Positions 63,399 through 64,000 of a DNA stretch of 64,000 nucleotides are shown one piece after another. The stretch's first letter is position 1, and every line of letters begins with the position of its first letter. This DNA comes from Eledone cirrhosa (taxonomy: Eukaryota): NCBI GenBank assembly GCA_964016885.1, contig OZ024748.1:5394001-5458000 (forward strand), read 5' to 3'. The notes under the pieces are model-generated. The model made no database searches. It was given only the letters and a program-made list of their open reading frames with translations, and was not told the origin of the DNA. The position numbers and the translations under genes are program-made.

Positions 63399-64000
63399 AA
63401 GAAGAAAATGAAGTAGCAGAAGAAGAAGAAGAAGAAGAAGAAGAAGAAGAAATAACAGAATAGAGATCAAGAAGATAATAAGCGAATGAACGATGATGAT
63501 AAGAATGATAATGGTAATAATAATAATAATAACTATAATAATAAAAATAATATTAATAATAATAACAATGATAATAATGTTAACAACAACAACAACAGCA
63601 ACAACGATAATAATAATAGCAATGATTTATAATAATGAAAAAATATGAAATTAAAAAAAAAGTAACATTTTCCTATCATAAAATGCATGTTTATAAGAAA
63701 GTATGAAAATATTTGATCAGAAGGTGAAAACTGTGGACATCTTTGTTCTTGTTTAAGTTTTTGTTTTTGTCAAAAAAGAATTGGCAAATGGAAAAATTAT
63801 AATATGGTGATGGAGATGAAGATTATAGAAGGTGATGAATTTTTGGTAAGAAATTTGAATGGAATCTCTATATCAGAGATGATATTTTCATCAAAGTTTC
63901 TTATTTTTTCAATATATATATATTTTTTTTATAAATCGTTTATATAAGAGCCTCATATCGGATTCTATATTTTTAAACGAGTGTGTGGTTGGTTATCTCT

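Overview
Eukaryotic, very AT-rich, microsatellite-saturated non-coding DNA (intergenic or deep intronic) with one 200-N scaffold gap at 21283-21482. The repeat content matches my recollection of octopus genomes; this is an inference and was not checked against a database. I recognise no conserved protein-coding exon: nearly every ORF in the track is a translation of (TA)n, (CA)n, (GA)n, (CCA)n or (GAT)n. The supportable content is (1) about 12 copies or fragments of one tRNA-derived SINE family, (2) decayed LINE (APE, RTE-like RT) and mariner remnants plus an 81-bp Tc1/mariner-type MITE, (3) minisatellites, and (4) four type I hammerhead-ribozyme motifs with intact core boxes plus weaker relics, sitting in TA-rich microsatellite surroundings like Penelope-like element termini. 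Three patterns stand out: fold-back inversions that break within a few nt of the hammerhead core, a recurrent class of inverted repeats centred on (TA)n, and a compact CCAAT-CRE-TATA-Inr promoter in front of a 59-codon non-repetitive small ORF at 7918-8097.
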